Shown piece by piece: positions 1 to 12,739 of a stretch of DNA of 64,000 nucleotides. The stretch comes from Camelus dromedarius (lineage: Eukaryota). Position numbers and translations under genes: made by a program. The stretch is from the NCBI RefSeq assembly GCF_036321535.1, contig NC_087437.1, positions 59,086,001 through 59,150,000 of the forward strand. Direction: 5' to 3'. The notes beneath the pieces were generated by a model. The model saw only the letters and a program-made list of their open reading frames with translations, was not told where the DNA came from and searched no databases. Positions within the stretch are counted from its first letter, which is position 1, and each line of letters begins with the position of its first letter.

Positions 1-304
1 TAAAATGCTGTCAGAGATCAGACATGGCCACACAGACACCAGCTAAATTTAGAAGAAGGCAGAAAACTACTACAAAGTGAAAATATCATGTCCAAGGGAG
101 ATGTGCTACCCTTTTAGCTTTCTCTTACTCATCAACTTTAGATACCATGGGAAGGGGCCCCCGAAGAACGCTTTCAGACAGGCTGTTTGAAACCTTTTTC
201 TCCTGGTAAAAGTCCTGCCCAAGTATAAGGTGTTCAGTTTCATTCATCAGCCCAGCCTTTCAACCATCTGAAGACAGAACTGTCAGCAGCACCTCTGACT
301 TCTT

Positions 305-470
305 CATTTGACAACATTCACTGAGCATCTGTTACGTGCCAGGCTCTGTGTCAGGATGGCACTCCGGGACAAGACACTCCTCCTGACCCGGGAGGGCTCG
401 CGGTCTAGTCGGGGAAAACTACACAAGCAAAAAATGGCAAATGATGAGATGTGTGCCCGGAAAAGACATA
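305..470 (-). mobile_element. L2 LINE 3' fragment
   Basis: cattcactgagcatctgttacgtgccaggctctgtg resembles the reverse complement of the L2 3' end. Confidence 0.55.
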
Positions 471-2579
471 TGGAAACTGAACTCAGCCCTGTAAAGAATC
501 AAAGGGAATGGGTTGGCTTTCTCAGTAAACCAGAGACAGTCAGGGCCAGGAGGGACTTTACAGGCTATCTGTTCCAACCCCCTCATTTTACAAGTGGAGA
601 GAGAGAGGGCAGGTGCTCACAGAGCTTTAAAGCTGGGGCCGATCAATAAATTCTTTCTCCTTTTCTGGCTGATAACCTATTGTAAGTTTCTCCAACAGTC
701 TACAGAAGTAGGTAGAATGAAATCATAAGTATACTACTGAAAGAAACCCACTTTGTTTTCCAACTAAATATATACAAGATGTAGCTCGTCAATATTTGTT
801 AAGCAAGAAGAGAATTACCCTCCTAAGACTCCTAAACTCACCTCACGGTCATTTACCTAGTCTGTGCATTTTAAAGTCACGCCTAACGTCACCGTCCTGC
901 CACGACTCTTAACCATTATGGTCTTTCATCTAAAACTCACCATTTTATTTGTATTCTCTACATTTGCATAGCACTTTGGAGTTGAAAAATATTTTAAAAC
1001 CCATTGTCTCCATGATGCCAATCCAGTTGTAGGCTTGGTAGCTTTAGAGGGACATGATAAGTGGGATGCAGTTCAGAATGGAGCTAAGTTCATGATTACG
1101 GTTGGGGAATAAGATCTAGAAAGCTGTGGGCAAGACAGCCGGAGGAGTGCTGGGGAATGGGTTCAAGGCCATGAAGTCTGGTGAACTGGAAAGAAGCAAG
1201 TCAATAAACACTTACTGAATAACTCCTGCGTGCAGGCACCATGCTCAGTGGATCCAAAGATGAATAAGCAAGGCAGCTCCTTCAAAGAATGTTTGGATTG
1301 TTGTACAATCTCCTTAAGCCACCAGGAGTGGAAGGCATGAGTGAGCAGAAACCACAGAGCAGGGAGGAGAAGTAGGGGAGCAGAATTCCTGAGGTGTGGC
1401 CTCAGCTTCTCCAGTGGATTTGGACCCGTCCCAGCTAGTGACACTGGGAAGGAAGAATGGCATCAGGGCTCCTCGCTGGAGGGTAAACATGACCCTGGAC
1501 ACACTCAGGCAGAGACGGAGGATGACCTGCCACTGGAACGGTAGACTTGAGACCCTTATGAACGTGAACATCTTACAGGTTTGAACAGCGCTTCATTTTA
1601 AAGTCATTAAGCGGATCCTCATGAGTGAGTTTCTACTCGTTTTATAGACAATGGGATTTTAATAACGTTTATGTAAGCTGGGAAAGGCCCAAAGGACCAT
1701 TTGTGTGATATTTAAAACGTGGGGCTCCATGGCTGAGTGCTACTGGGGGCGAGGGACAGCTGAAAGGGTAATCACAGAGCTGGAACAGGGAGGCTCTCAG
1801 CAAGTTATTAGCCACCTGAAAATCTATGAAGGGTACTAAAACATTCCCATGGAACTCTCAAACTAAAATGGGAAGGTAATGGCGGCGGGGGGATAAAGCA
1901 GGGGAGGTGGGAGCCGGAGCAGAGACTTGTAGAAACCAATGATGAAGACAGAAACTTCAGAAAGGAGAGACAAGTTTGGAACTCCCATAACAGAGACATT
2001 AAGTTAGTACTTGAAGCTTCAGCCCCACTAGGCTGTACTTCATCCATCTGGACTGCAGGTTCTCCTTGCTCACTTAACCCAGCCCCTGGCAATGCTTACC
2101 AGATTGGCTGCATCCTCCGAGCAGAGAGCTGGAACCACCACATGCTGGCCCCGCCTCACCTCCCAGCCTCCTTTCCCTTGGCTGGTACCTGGCCTCCCCC
2201 ACTGCCCCCTGTTCCCCTCACCCAGTTCTTTCCTCCATAGCCTCTCTCTGGATCTCTCCCCACAGATCTGTTGATATTCTCCCCACCCTTCAAGACTCAC
2301 CTCCTGCAAGATGCCTTTCCTGATCCAACCCCCAGATAATCTCTTCCCACAACACGTCATGCTTCCTAATGGCATTTTCCTTTCATCCTGCATTGCAGTA
2401 ACTTGTGTGCTTGTCTGAGCTCCCACCTCCACCCCTCCTTAGAGAACTTCAATGTCGCAGACCTGATCGCTTTCATCTGAGTACTCGAAGCACCAGGAGC
2501 AGGAACCAGTGTGCCATAAACCCTCAGTCACAGCCAGTGCACACCTGGGACAAAGCTTCTGTGATCCTTTAGAGGCTGT

Positions 2580-2775
2580 GAGCTGGAGTCCGATAGCTCA
2601 GGCTAACACTTGCCTCCATCACCAGGTAGATGACCCGGGGCAACTTACTTCATCTCTGTGCCTCAGTTTTCTCATCTGTAAAATGAGCATCATAGGCCCT
2701 TAGAGGGACTTTGTGATTGTCTCTGTAAAGCCCCTAGCATACCATCTGGACCCACTGAGTGCTCAGGAAATGCAG
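2580..2775 (+). mobile_element. MIR SINE
   Basis: MIR core: caacttacttcatctctgtgcctcagttttctcatctgtaaaatg. Confidence 0.8.
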
Positions 2776-4379
2776 AGAACGATGAGGAATGTGGGAGAAT
2801 AGGGGGCCCTAATCTCCTTTTGATCCAAGAAGCTTCCAACTCATTTGTGCTGTATTTCCACCTGGAAGCCTTTGTCTTCTTTAAAGTTCATATCTGCACA
2901 TAGCAGCTCTGAATCATTTCAATTCTGGCTCTATATGCACAGTAGTGCTAGCTGGCAATTTGCTAACAAAGATTCAGTATAACCAAATCGAAGAAATTTG
3001 CCTCAGAGCAATTTACCAGTCCATCCACCCATCAAACATGTGCCACTGTGAGCTGTGTAAAAGTCCTACAAAAAGGAAAACAAAATGAACAAGACGAAAG
3101 CCTTCCTCTCAGGCTGTATCAGTCTCTCCAGGGCCAATGCTGTCAGCATCCAGACAGAGCTATGAAGAAGGGCTGCGAGCGTCCAGAGAGGAAAGCCCCC
3201 ACCTGTGCATAGTGAGGGGAGTGGGGGGAACCAGGACACATGCAGGCTTTACCGAGGAGGGAGCTGCACCCTATCAGACGTTTGTAGGAAAGAAGAGGTG
3301 GAAGCAACTCCAGGTGCAGAGACCAACCAGCATGTGCAAAGGGACGGAGCCCTGACAGTCCACGTTCAGAAAACGGTAAGGTCCGAGAGTCTAAAAGGCC
3401 CTGAAAATCAATCCAGGTTATTCTAACACTTACATGGATTCTATTTAAAACAGAATCATTCCTACCAAATTAGTTATGCACCCCAGGAGAGACCATCTTT
3501 TGCTAAAATAAATGTCCCCTCTTTATTTCTTCCCAAACAATGTGATGGTTGTTTTTCTGAAGTCTATTTTGCTTTCTGTCGGGAAACAAGCACCTTCAGA
3601 AAGTCCATCTGGGCCCAGGAGATAAAACCCAAAGGTAGCGTGGGATCAGAACTACTTAGTGAGCTGGTCCGAGGAGCTACCTCTTTGTGTTCTCTGAACT
3701 ACTCCAACAAAGGGAGTGATTTTAGCTCTCTGAAGCCAGCAAAGAGGTAACACAGGGCTTCTAAACTCAAGATGAATAGGCGAAGAACTCATTATACTCC
3801 GTTTTATTTGTCTCTCTGCCCCACCCCTGTTATCCTCTGAGGGCCAAGGAAGGAGAATGCAGCCAGGGGCCGCTCTGATAAGAGTATAGGTTGGAGGGAA
3901 ATTTTGTCCATAGCTTCCTGGGAGGCTGTTTGGCCAAATGCAGTGACCAGAGGTCAGAAGATACTACTTTTTCTCTCTAGTGCACAGAGGAGGTGAGACG
4001 AAGACTTGGACCCGGAAAAAAAAATCTCAACCTCCCTCTCTCTGTCTCTCTCTCTCTCTCTCTCTTCATGTCAAATTAGATGTAACTTCCACTGCTTGTG
4101 GTGGGAACTGTAATCCAGCTGAAATTACAGGAATGAAGCGAGGGTCCTATTACACTGTGCTCTGGCTGTCAGTGATGTGTGGTCCCTGGGGAACCAGCTA
4201 TTTAAGCAGCCTTTGCATGTCCAGAATTTATAATATGTGCAGATTTTTTTTCCCCCTCAAGAAGCAACGTGGCCTGTTGGGATTTGGACTGTTATTTGAT
4301 TGTTTTCCTGTTGGTCTCTGGACCTGGATGGGCCTGGGGACCTGGGGCTGCTGGCTGCTGTGGAGAGATGGGACAGGAG

Positions 4380-4555
4380 TCACCCTGGGTGCTCTGAATC
4401 CTGGTTCCAGCTGTCCTGCTGGCCAGTTGCTCATATGGTTGCTTGCTCAAGCCAGCACCTTCTCTCTGATACTTTATATATGTCGACTGTGTCCATGGGA
4501 GCTTGAATAAATGACTTCTTTCTAGGCTTCAGTTTTCTCACCTGTTAAAAGGAGT
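4380..4555 (+). mobile_element. MIR SINE (degenerate)
   Basis: gctctgaatcctggttcc ... ggcttcagttttctcacctgttaaaagg. Confidence 0.55.
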
Positions 4556-4945
4556 TGGGGTAGGGTGGAAGTAGGGTGGAACTCTGATATTCTCAAAATT
4601 TTCTCATTTAATTGATCTGGAAAGGGGATTCTTTCTAGCATTTTGGTTTTGGAATATTTTGTGGAGGCCAGAGAAACTGCAGTTCTTGAGTTCCTTAGAG
4701 GGGGACCACAGTGATGACAGGGGAGTAGGTGTTAAGCTGGCAGCAAAGACTACTGTGTAGAGACCACACCTGCTTTCTAGAACGTGGGGCTTCACAGATG
4801 TTAAATCTGTATTATACAGAAAAGTGCACAAGACAGAATAGAAATCCTAGCGGGATGAGCATCTAGCCACTAGACAAACTCACTGAGACTGTGACCAGAG
4901 CACATCCTCATCTTAGGGCCGTGGTTTATTTGCAGCTGAAATGAA

Positions 4946-5510
4946 TGTAGTGGACAGATTCTAAGGAGGCCCCTGTGGTCCATGCCTCCTGGTATCCACA
5001 CTCTTGTGTAATCCCTTCCACTCAAGTGTGGGCGGGGCCTGTGGCTTGTTCCTGCCCAACAGAATCCTGCAGAGATGGTGGGATGTCACTCCCATGATTA
5101 TACTACATAAGATGGTGATACCTTACTTGCAGACTCTGTACTGTCTCCCTCGCTAGCTCTGATGGAGTCAGCTGCCATATAGAGAGGTCCATGGGGCAAG
5201 GAAGTGAGGGTGGCCTCTGGCTGATGGCCCTCAAGGAGCTAAGGACCTCAGTCCAACAACCCTCAAGGATCTGAATCCTGTGCACAACCCTGTGAGCTTG
5301 GAAGTGGATGCCTCCCCAGTCACGCTGCAGATGCGACCCCAGCCCTGGCTGACTCCTGAATTAAAGCCTGGTGAGAGCCCCTGAAACAGGGGGCCCAGCC
5401 AAGGCTGTCCCACATAACTAACCCACAGAAACTGTGGGACAACAAATGGGTGTTATTTTACACCACTAAGTTTGTGGTAATTTGTTATGTAGTAATAGGT
5501 AACTAATACA
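4946..5510 (+). mobile_element. MaLR solo LTR (MLT1F/G-like)
   Basis: TG...CA termini (tgtagtggacagattctaagg ... gtaataggtaactaataca); 5-bp TSD atgaa/gtgaa (4941-4945, 5511-5515); typical MLT1 end ccactaagtttgtggtaatttgttat. Confidence 0.9.
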
Positions 5511-6454
5511 GTGAAGCAGTTGGAACCTTCTTTACCTGACCTCCCAGAGTATGATAACTATATTCCTCTGCTATCAGCCTCACACTACTCCACTATGACA
5601 CAGACGGACACATGGCAAGCTGCTGTCCCTGGCCTGGGGTGAGAAGGATTTATCTTCCGAGAACTCCTAGGGTACTTGTTCTATATTTAGACACTCATTT
5701 AATCATGCCTCATTCTCAGCCTTTGTGCTGCTGATTGCAAGCACCTTACTCACATGCACAGGCCCACGTTCACACACACACAGGTCCCGCCTTACACTGA
5801 ATCTAATTAGGGATTAACCTGAAATAAAACGGGTCCAGCAGGAAAGAGGATGCCTCTGAGACAGAGTCTAAGGGCACACGCACACAACAAGAGGCTCTGG
5901 TATTATTACTTGCTAGTGCTGGTTCTGAGAAAGGGTCAAGTAGAGGAATCAGCCAAAAGGAATTCAGCCTGGGGAGGAATTAATCTAGCAGGGGAGTCCC
6001 ATTTCTGCAATTAAAAAAAAAATAGCCACTTGGATTTTAATAGCAGCTAAAGGCACGGGGCTTCTTTTTAGGTACCGATTTGCTCAGAAAGAGTATGAAA
6101 GAGCCTCAGCAAGCTGTATGTTTAACACATTTTGTTCCTTCCCGAGCCTGCCTTTCTGGAATCCTGACATCCTCTACAAATAAAATCAGCCTTATGGACG
6201 GCCTCCTTTTGGACGCGAACGGAACAAGACCAAAGTCTGTCTAGCATCTGAGGTAGTGGCTTTTGGAACGTTCAGAGTGGTGCGGAGGAAATCTGGCCCA
6301 CACACATCTTCAAGTCTGAGGAGAAGCCAGTCTGTGCTTTTACCAGCAGGGCTCTCTCGGCTGGCTGGGGGAGCCAGACGCTCTGTTCCAGGAGAGTTTG
6401 GGAGGTGCTGCTTCTGTAGCTGACTCAGGAGCAAGATGTGACAGGAGACAGAGG

Positions 6455-6545
6455 AGGGGGAAACTGAGATCAGTACAGTGCTGGGGGACCAGTGAGCAGC
6501 GCTCAGGAAATGTTTTTGAATGAATGAATGAATGAATGAATGAAG
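6455..6545 (+). mobile_element. L2 3' terminus with (GAAT)n tail
   Basis: cagtgctggggg...gctcaggaaatgtttttgaatgaatgaatgaatg. Confidence 0.7.
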
Positions 6546-6939
6546 CATTCATTCCTGCCGTTAGATGCCTGGCAGCTACATTTCCCCGGGGATTTCCCAC
6601 TTGGGCTTTGTCACCAAAGGAAGAGTAACATCCACCGCTGCCCTTCAAGAAACTTACAGACGGGACAGACAGACATGACTCAGACCAAAGAGAACTTGAT
6701 AAATAAAGACAAGGGAGGGCCCAGTCCATTGAGCCGGGAGGAATCTGGGGAAATTTCAAGGAGTTTCTGGCGATCCTCCCAAATCGTAGCAAAAGGCTGA
6801 ATTAGGCAAGGGGTTTGTGGACATTTCTTGATGAACCGATTAAGCACTTAAAGAGCTTGTGGCCCCAGCAGAAGGCCCTGGGAGTTCCAGGATGCAGTTG
6901 GTGGCCGGGGAATCAGCCCCTGAGCACCTGGGCCAGCAG

Positions 6940-7440
6940 CAGGGTGGCCTGAGCCGGTTTAGGGGCTCCGCGGAGGCCAGTCTGTGCCCCGCGCTGCTCA
7001 CAGTTACTGGCCCCCAGGGCGGGCGGGCAGCGTGGAGCCCCAGGTCGGCCTTTGTGACGCCGGACGCCGCCTTTGTGCTCCCCCCGCCCCCGGGCTTGTG
7101 CGCCCCGCCAGGCGGCCGCCTCGGCTCGGATCACCCCCACCGCGCGCCATACCTGGCCCTTTGTCACCAGCTGCCAAAGAATTCAGAAAATCAAATTTAT
7201 TTCTCGATTACCGCCGGGGCGCCCCTTTGTGCGGCGAGCTCTCTTTAACCGTTGAGATTCCAGCGGACTTTGTGAAGGCCTTTAAGAAAAGCCGCCTCTC
7301 CCAGCCTGCGCCCTGCGCCCCGCTGACTCCCGGCCCCCGTGGGAACTCGCGGGGACCGTCTTCTCTCAATAAAGACGCTAACGAGCCCCAAGACTTGGCT
7401 TCTCAAGTGCCCCGCCTGTTAACGGGGATAAATCAATAGG
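6940..7440. promoter_or_regulatory. Orphan CpG island, enhancer- or promoter-like, with clustered HMG-box (SOX/TCF) sites
   Basis: About 44 CpG in 6961-7430 by hand count; CTTTGT at about 7050, 7071, 7159, 7225 and 7268; CGTGGGAA (RBPJ) at 7338-7345. Confidence 0.75.
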
Positions 7441-8566
7441 CATCTTGAGTTCGGACGGTGTGTTTCCTTTTTTTCCCTTAGGAATGAATGGGTAGTTGCT
7501 AACTCCTCGTTTTCCCAGCCCAGCACTGACCTTAGCCAGCCAAGTCCAATTTCACCCTCCGAGTGTTCAGCGCTACCAGCTCCTCGCCAGGGCCCGTCTG
7601 TCCCAAGCTGCAGGCTGATCCGAAAATGCTTCTCTTAGGCCGGATTCTCAGCTGTTTTGGGCACCTGAAGATAAAAAGTGTTACCATTATTTTCCTTTGA
7701 TTAGGTTGGTATTTCCGGAAATGGATACAAAAGCTTGCCAAGTTTTGGCAGTGGATGGGGGCTGGGGGGGGGGGAGGGTTGTTTGTTTCTCAGTGATTGT
7801 GTGACTTTTTAAAAAGAAAACCAATTTTTAAAAGGTAGTGTAGAAAAATAAATAAATAAAAGGTAACGTAGAGTAGGGATCTACTTACAACACATATCAC
7901 CTACACTCTTTTCGTCCACCCATAAATTAATGTGTAGGAGAGATGGATATGCACAAATCTACCAACACATCAACATCGGTCCAGTAATAGTCTTGAGTGA
8001 AAACAGTTACAAAGACCATCATAATTCATACTTTAATGATAAAATAATATATAGCACTATAATTTGAATTATATAGTCACAAAGAAAAGAAATTCATAAA
8101 AGGAGAATTTGGTCCATTGATTGTAAATTATGCATGTTATAAAGTTTTGCAAACAATAAAAAAAATAGTAATGATATATAGCACTTAGCAGGAGTGTTCT
8201 TTTTTTCTCTCACCTCTTTTATTTTTTATGGTGAGAATTTGGGGATGCCACTCAGTTGCTCTGTGACTAAAGGAAGTGAATATAAATCACTGCCACATTT
8301 GCTAACAAACAGCATTCCTCTCTTTATACACATCTGTGTGTCTACACACACACACACACACCGCAAGTGCTTGGCCCACTCAGCTTCCCCATAATTTCAC
8401 AAAAGAGTGACTCTAATGTTTTCTGCTTTGTAGGGAGCCAGTGGGCACGGCAGCGAATTGGATACCTACACCAGACAAGGCCTGAGAGGCGTAATCAAAT
8501 AAGGGAAACACTTGAACTGAACTCCCAGCAGGAGCAGGAGGGAGGCCTGGAGAGGTTACAGGTACT

Positions 8567-8706
8567 NNNNNNNNNNNNNNNNNNNNNNNNNNNNNNNNNN
8601 NNNNNNNNNNNNNNNNNNNNNNNNNNNNNNNNNNNNNNNNNNNNNNNNNNNNNNNNNNNNNNNNNNNNNNNNNNNNNNNNNNNNNNNNNNNNNNNNNNNN
8701 NNNNNN
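8567..8706. other. N-run, 140 nt, in unique sequence
   Basis: Direct observation. Confidence 0.99.
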
Positions 8707-9084
8707 CATGGAAGCACCAAGTCAGCTCAAAGGAATCTGTGCTCTCCTCTTTAACCTCTCCTTGGGAGCCTACAAATTATATCTATTAATGTATCAGCCC
8801 CCTGGCATCGCACAAATACGTCGTCTGCTTAAATGTATGTCAATCATTCACAGGGGCCTTTGTGAAAAACCCGCCACGTTTTCATTTCTTTTCCCCCCCA
8901 TTAAAAAAAATTTAACCTGTTGGGTTATACAGACAAAGGCTCATAACCTGCCTCCTCCCACTGCAATCACTTGGGAGGTAGAAGTCGAGTTGTCAGCACG
9001 AGCATTCAGAGAATCGTTTAAATGGGCCCTGGGCAGCTGGACCGGATCCAGAGGAGGGACATGCTTGGGAGGAAGGATTTGGAA

Positions 9085-9260
9085 ACCATGTTCAGTGAAG
9101 CATGAATGGAAAAACTGAGGATTAGCCTGGAGAAGAGAAAACGCAGAGAAAATTTGAGATCTGAAGACATTTGCTAAAGGGAAGAAGGATGAGCGTCTTC
9201 CAGGGGCCCCGGGAGAGACAGGCGTTCACCAAGAGCCAGCAAAGTGCCTGCATGAGAAAT
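9085..9260 (+). mobile_element. L3/CR1 LINE fragment
   Basis: ttagcctggagaagagaaaac is a CR1/L3 3'-region hallmark. Confidence 0.5.
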
Positions 9261-9416
9261 AGGCCACGTGCTGGGGCTGCCCCCTCAAATGTGAGGAAAT
9301 CTGCAGTGTGGCCACAGCTGCAGGAATCACGACTTCCCCTGCCAGTATCTGAGCCTGGGGACAGCCAGCTATGGAAAGGCTTCAGCCCCAAATACTCGAG
9401 TGGGGGGAGGGGGTAA

Positions 9417-9900
9417 TTGAAGGTTAATTTAGCAAACAATACAATGTGCAGATTTTTAAGTGTACAGTTCAATGAGTTTTGACAGATGGAACCTATGTAA
9501 GCACCAGCCCAGTCAGGATGGAGAATACATTCATCACCCCAGAGAGAGGTTCCTTCTGCCCTTTTTCTAGTCAAACCACCCCACCCCCACCTCAGGCAGT
9601 CACTGTTCTGATTTCCATCCCTCTAGATTGGTTGTGTCTGTTTAGAACTGCGTTTAAATGGAATCCTACAGTATGGACTCTTGTGGCTGGCTTCTTCCAC
9701 TTGACATGCATTTAAGATCCACCCATAGCGTTTGCTCCTTTTTATTGCTGAGTAGTATTTCCTAGTAAGGCTACAACACATTTTGTTTGCCCATTCTCCT
9801 GCTGATGAACATTGGAGAGTTTCCAGTTTGAGGCTGTTATTAATGCAGCTGCTACTCACAGCCTTGCACAAGTTTTCATTGCTGGGTCAAAGGGTATTAT
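9417..9900 (-). mobile_element. Old L1M (L1MB/MC-like) 3' end
   Basis: aagtgtacagttcaatgagttttgacaga...ttttattgctgagtagtatt...tttccagtttgaggct; the minus-strand translation retains EW..KM...KYYSAIK from the ORF2 C-terminus. Confidence 0.85.
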
Positions 9901-10169
9901 ATTCCATATATACCAAAGGGTATATTTCAAACAGGGCTGCAAAGCAAGGATAGCCTGAGGCCATACAGTGTGGTCTTAGTCAAGACACGGAAGAATTTCT
10001 GGGACTTGACAGTTTCTGGTTTGTACATCTTCCCTGGAAAGTACAAGTTGTACCCCTGTTTCTCCCACTGGTGGGCAGGAGGCATCCACCAGGACTGATC
10101 TGGGCCAGCCTGGGGTCCTTCATGAATAAGAATAGCTATCTCAGCAAAATGAGTGTTGACCATCATTTA

Positions 10170-10310
10170 AGTCAACTCAAAATGCTTGAATTCACATGTC
10201 TGAGCTCCTACCACGTGCCAGGCCCTGTAGGTGCACTGGCACGTGCCAGGGAAGAAAGAGATGAATTTGATGACTCTGGCTTTAAAGTGCTTGCGGTCTA
10301 AAAGGAGAAT
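10170..10310 (-). mobile_element. L2 3' fragment
   Basis: tgagctcctaccacgtgccaggccctgt...gcttgcggtctaaaaggag. Confidence 0.6.
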
Positions 10311-11878
10311 AAAATGAGGTATAAACTATGAAACCATAATTCACCGGTCAGCTGCTGTGCTGGTGTGGACTTGGAACAAGTATTTGAGAGTCTGGATCTG
10401 CTGCGTCACCTTGGGACGCAAGGGCAGAATGTTTTCGTGCCCGGTAAAACCATTATTCTTCTGTATCAGTCTGCCATTTATGGTAAAGTCCTCACTATAT
10501 GGCAGAGAACTATTCATTATGCTGGTACTGGAGGGATATGATTAGCATATTTGCTGTGGTCTCAGTGGTTTGATCAATCAGACTTGGCCTGTGAGCAGCT
10601 GTTACATTCGGACAAACTTATTTGAATCCAGGAGTTACCCAAACTGTGTGATAAAAACAGTAGACCATGTTATAGGGCCCTATGTGATTAGGGCTCATTT
10701 GTCCTCTTGTACCAAGTTGTTTATTGATCTAATTGTTGGACTTTTGGTTTATTTCCTTGTCATTTTTCTACGCACAGTTTTGACAGCTGTGTAATCACAG
10801 AATACTGTAAAAACTACTTTATATTTTGTTTTTTTGCTTTTTTTCTATAGAGTAAAACTTTCTTGCCTCAGCCAAACCACTCTTGCCTTTAAAAACATCA
10901 GTGTATATTGTATTAACCACAAAGGGGTAAAAAAGATGTGAATATATTGAAGTTCCATACTCTCTTCCAAACAGTTATTAACAAATTTGCGTAAAAGAAA
11001 AGGTGAATTTGGATTTCATTTAAAATTAATTTGCAGATCAGAGGGAACAAAGACAGCAGTGTTCATGGGTCCTGCTTTGCAGTTTTTAAACAGTATTGAA
11101 AATTATAATGTTCTTTGTACATGCACAACACTTTATTTTTTTATTGATTTATAATCATTGTACAATGCTGTGTCAAATTCCAGTGTAGAGCACAATTTTT
11201 CAGTTATACATGAACATATATATATTCATTGTCACATTTTTTTCTCTGTGAGCTACCGTAAGATCTTGTATATATTTCCCTGTGCTGTACAGTATAATCT
11301 TGTTTATCTATTCTACAATTTTAAAATCCCAGTCTATCCCTTCCCACCTCCCACCCCACTGGCAACCACAAGTTTGTATTCTATGTCTATGAGTCTATTT
11401 CTGTTTTGTATTTATGCTTTGTTTGTTTTAGATTCCACATATGAGCGATCTCATATGGTATTTTTCTTTCTCTTTCTGGCTTACTTCACTTAGAATGACA
11501 TTCTCCAGGAGCATCCATGTTGCTGCAAATGGCGTTATGTTGTCGGTTTTTATGGCTGAATAGTATTCCATTGTATAAATATACCACCTCTTCTTTATCC
11601 ACTCATCTGTTGATGGACATTTAGGCTGTCTCCATGACTTGGCTCTTGTAAATAGTGCTTCTATGAACATTGGGGTGTAGGTGTCATTTTGAAGTAGGGT
11701 TCCTTCTGGATATATGCCCAGGAGCAGGGTTCCTGGGTCCTACGGTAAGTCTATTCCTAGTCTTTTGAGGAATCTCCATACTGTTTTCCACAGTGGCTGC
11801 ACCAAACTGCATTCCCACCAGCAGTGCAGGAGGGTTCCCTTTTCTCCACAGCCTCTCCAGCATTTGTCATTTGTGGAT

Positions 11879-12010
11879 NNNNNNNNNNNNNNNNNNNNNN
11901 NNNNNNNNNNNNNNNNNNNNNNNNNNNNNNNNNNNNNNNNNNNNNNNNNNNNNNNNNNNNNNNNNNNNNNNNNNNNNNNNNNNNNNNNNNNNNNNNNNNN
12001 NNNNNNNNNN
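11879..12010. other. N-run, 132 nt, inside L1 ORF2
   Basis: Direct observation; frame preserved across it. Confidence 0.99.
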
Positions 12011-12471
12011 AATTGCTTATTTAGGTCTTTTGCCCATTTTTGGATTGGGTTGTTTGTTTTTTTCTTATTAAGTCATATGAGCTGCTTATATATTCTGGAG
12101 ATCAAGCCTTTGTCAGTTTCATTTGCAAAAATTTTCTCCCATTCTGTAAGTTGTCTTTTTGTTTTACTTATGGTTTCCTTTGCTGTACAGAAGCTTGTAA
12201 TTTTCATTAGGTCCCATTTGTTTATTCTTGCTTTTATTTCTACAGCTTGAGTAGACTGTTCTAGGAGAACATTTTTGAGATGTATGTCAGATAATGTTTT
12301 GCCTATATTTTCTCCTAGGAGGTTTATTGTATCTTGTCTTATGTTTAAGTCTTTGATCCATCTTGAGTTGATTTTTGTGTATGGTGTAAGGGAGGGTTCT
12401 AGCTTCATTGCTTTACATGCTGCTGTCCAGTTTTCCCAACACCATTTGCTGAAGAGACTGTCTTTATTCCA

Positions 12472-12621
12472 NNNNNNNNNNNNNNNNNNNNNNNNNNNNN
12501 NNNNNNNNNNNNNNNNNNNNNNNNNNNNNNNNNNNNNNNNNNNNNNNNNNNNNNNNNNNNNNNNNNNNNNNNNNNNNNNNNNNNNNNNNNNNNNNNNNNN
12601 NNNNNNNNNNNNNNNNNNNNN
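12472..12621. other. N-run, 150 nt, inside L1 ORF2
   Basis: Direct observation; frame preserved across it. Confidence 0.99.
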
Positions 12622-12739
12622 GAAGTCTGGGAGAGTTATTCCTCCAGCCTCTTTCTTTCTCTTCAGTAATGCTTTGGCAGTTCTAGGTCTTTGATGGTTC
12701 CATATAAATTTTATTATGATTTGTTCTAGTTCTGTGAAA

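Noticed and set aside
6859-7439. ORFs of 129-151 aa over GC-rich blocks (also 41374-41812, 52732-53608, 56315-57082, 62744-63226)
   Set aside because: Stop-codon depletion from high GC explains them; they are Pro/Arg/Ala/Gly-rich, open in several frames and on both strands, and have no domain I recognise.
12425-12438. gtccagttttccca matches the first 14 nt of miR-145-5p
   Set aside because: It lies inside the L1 ORF2 antisense strand; the rest of the mature miRNA and the hairpin are absent.
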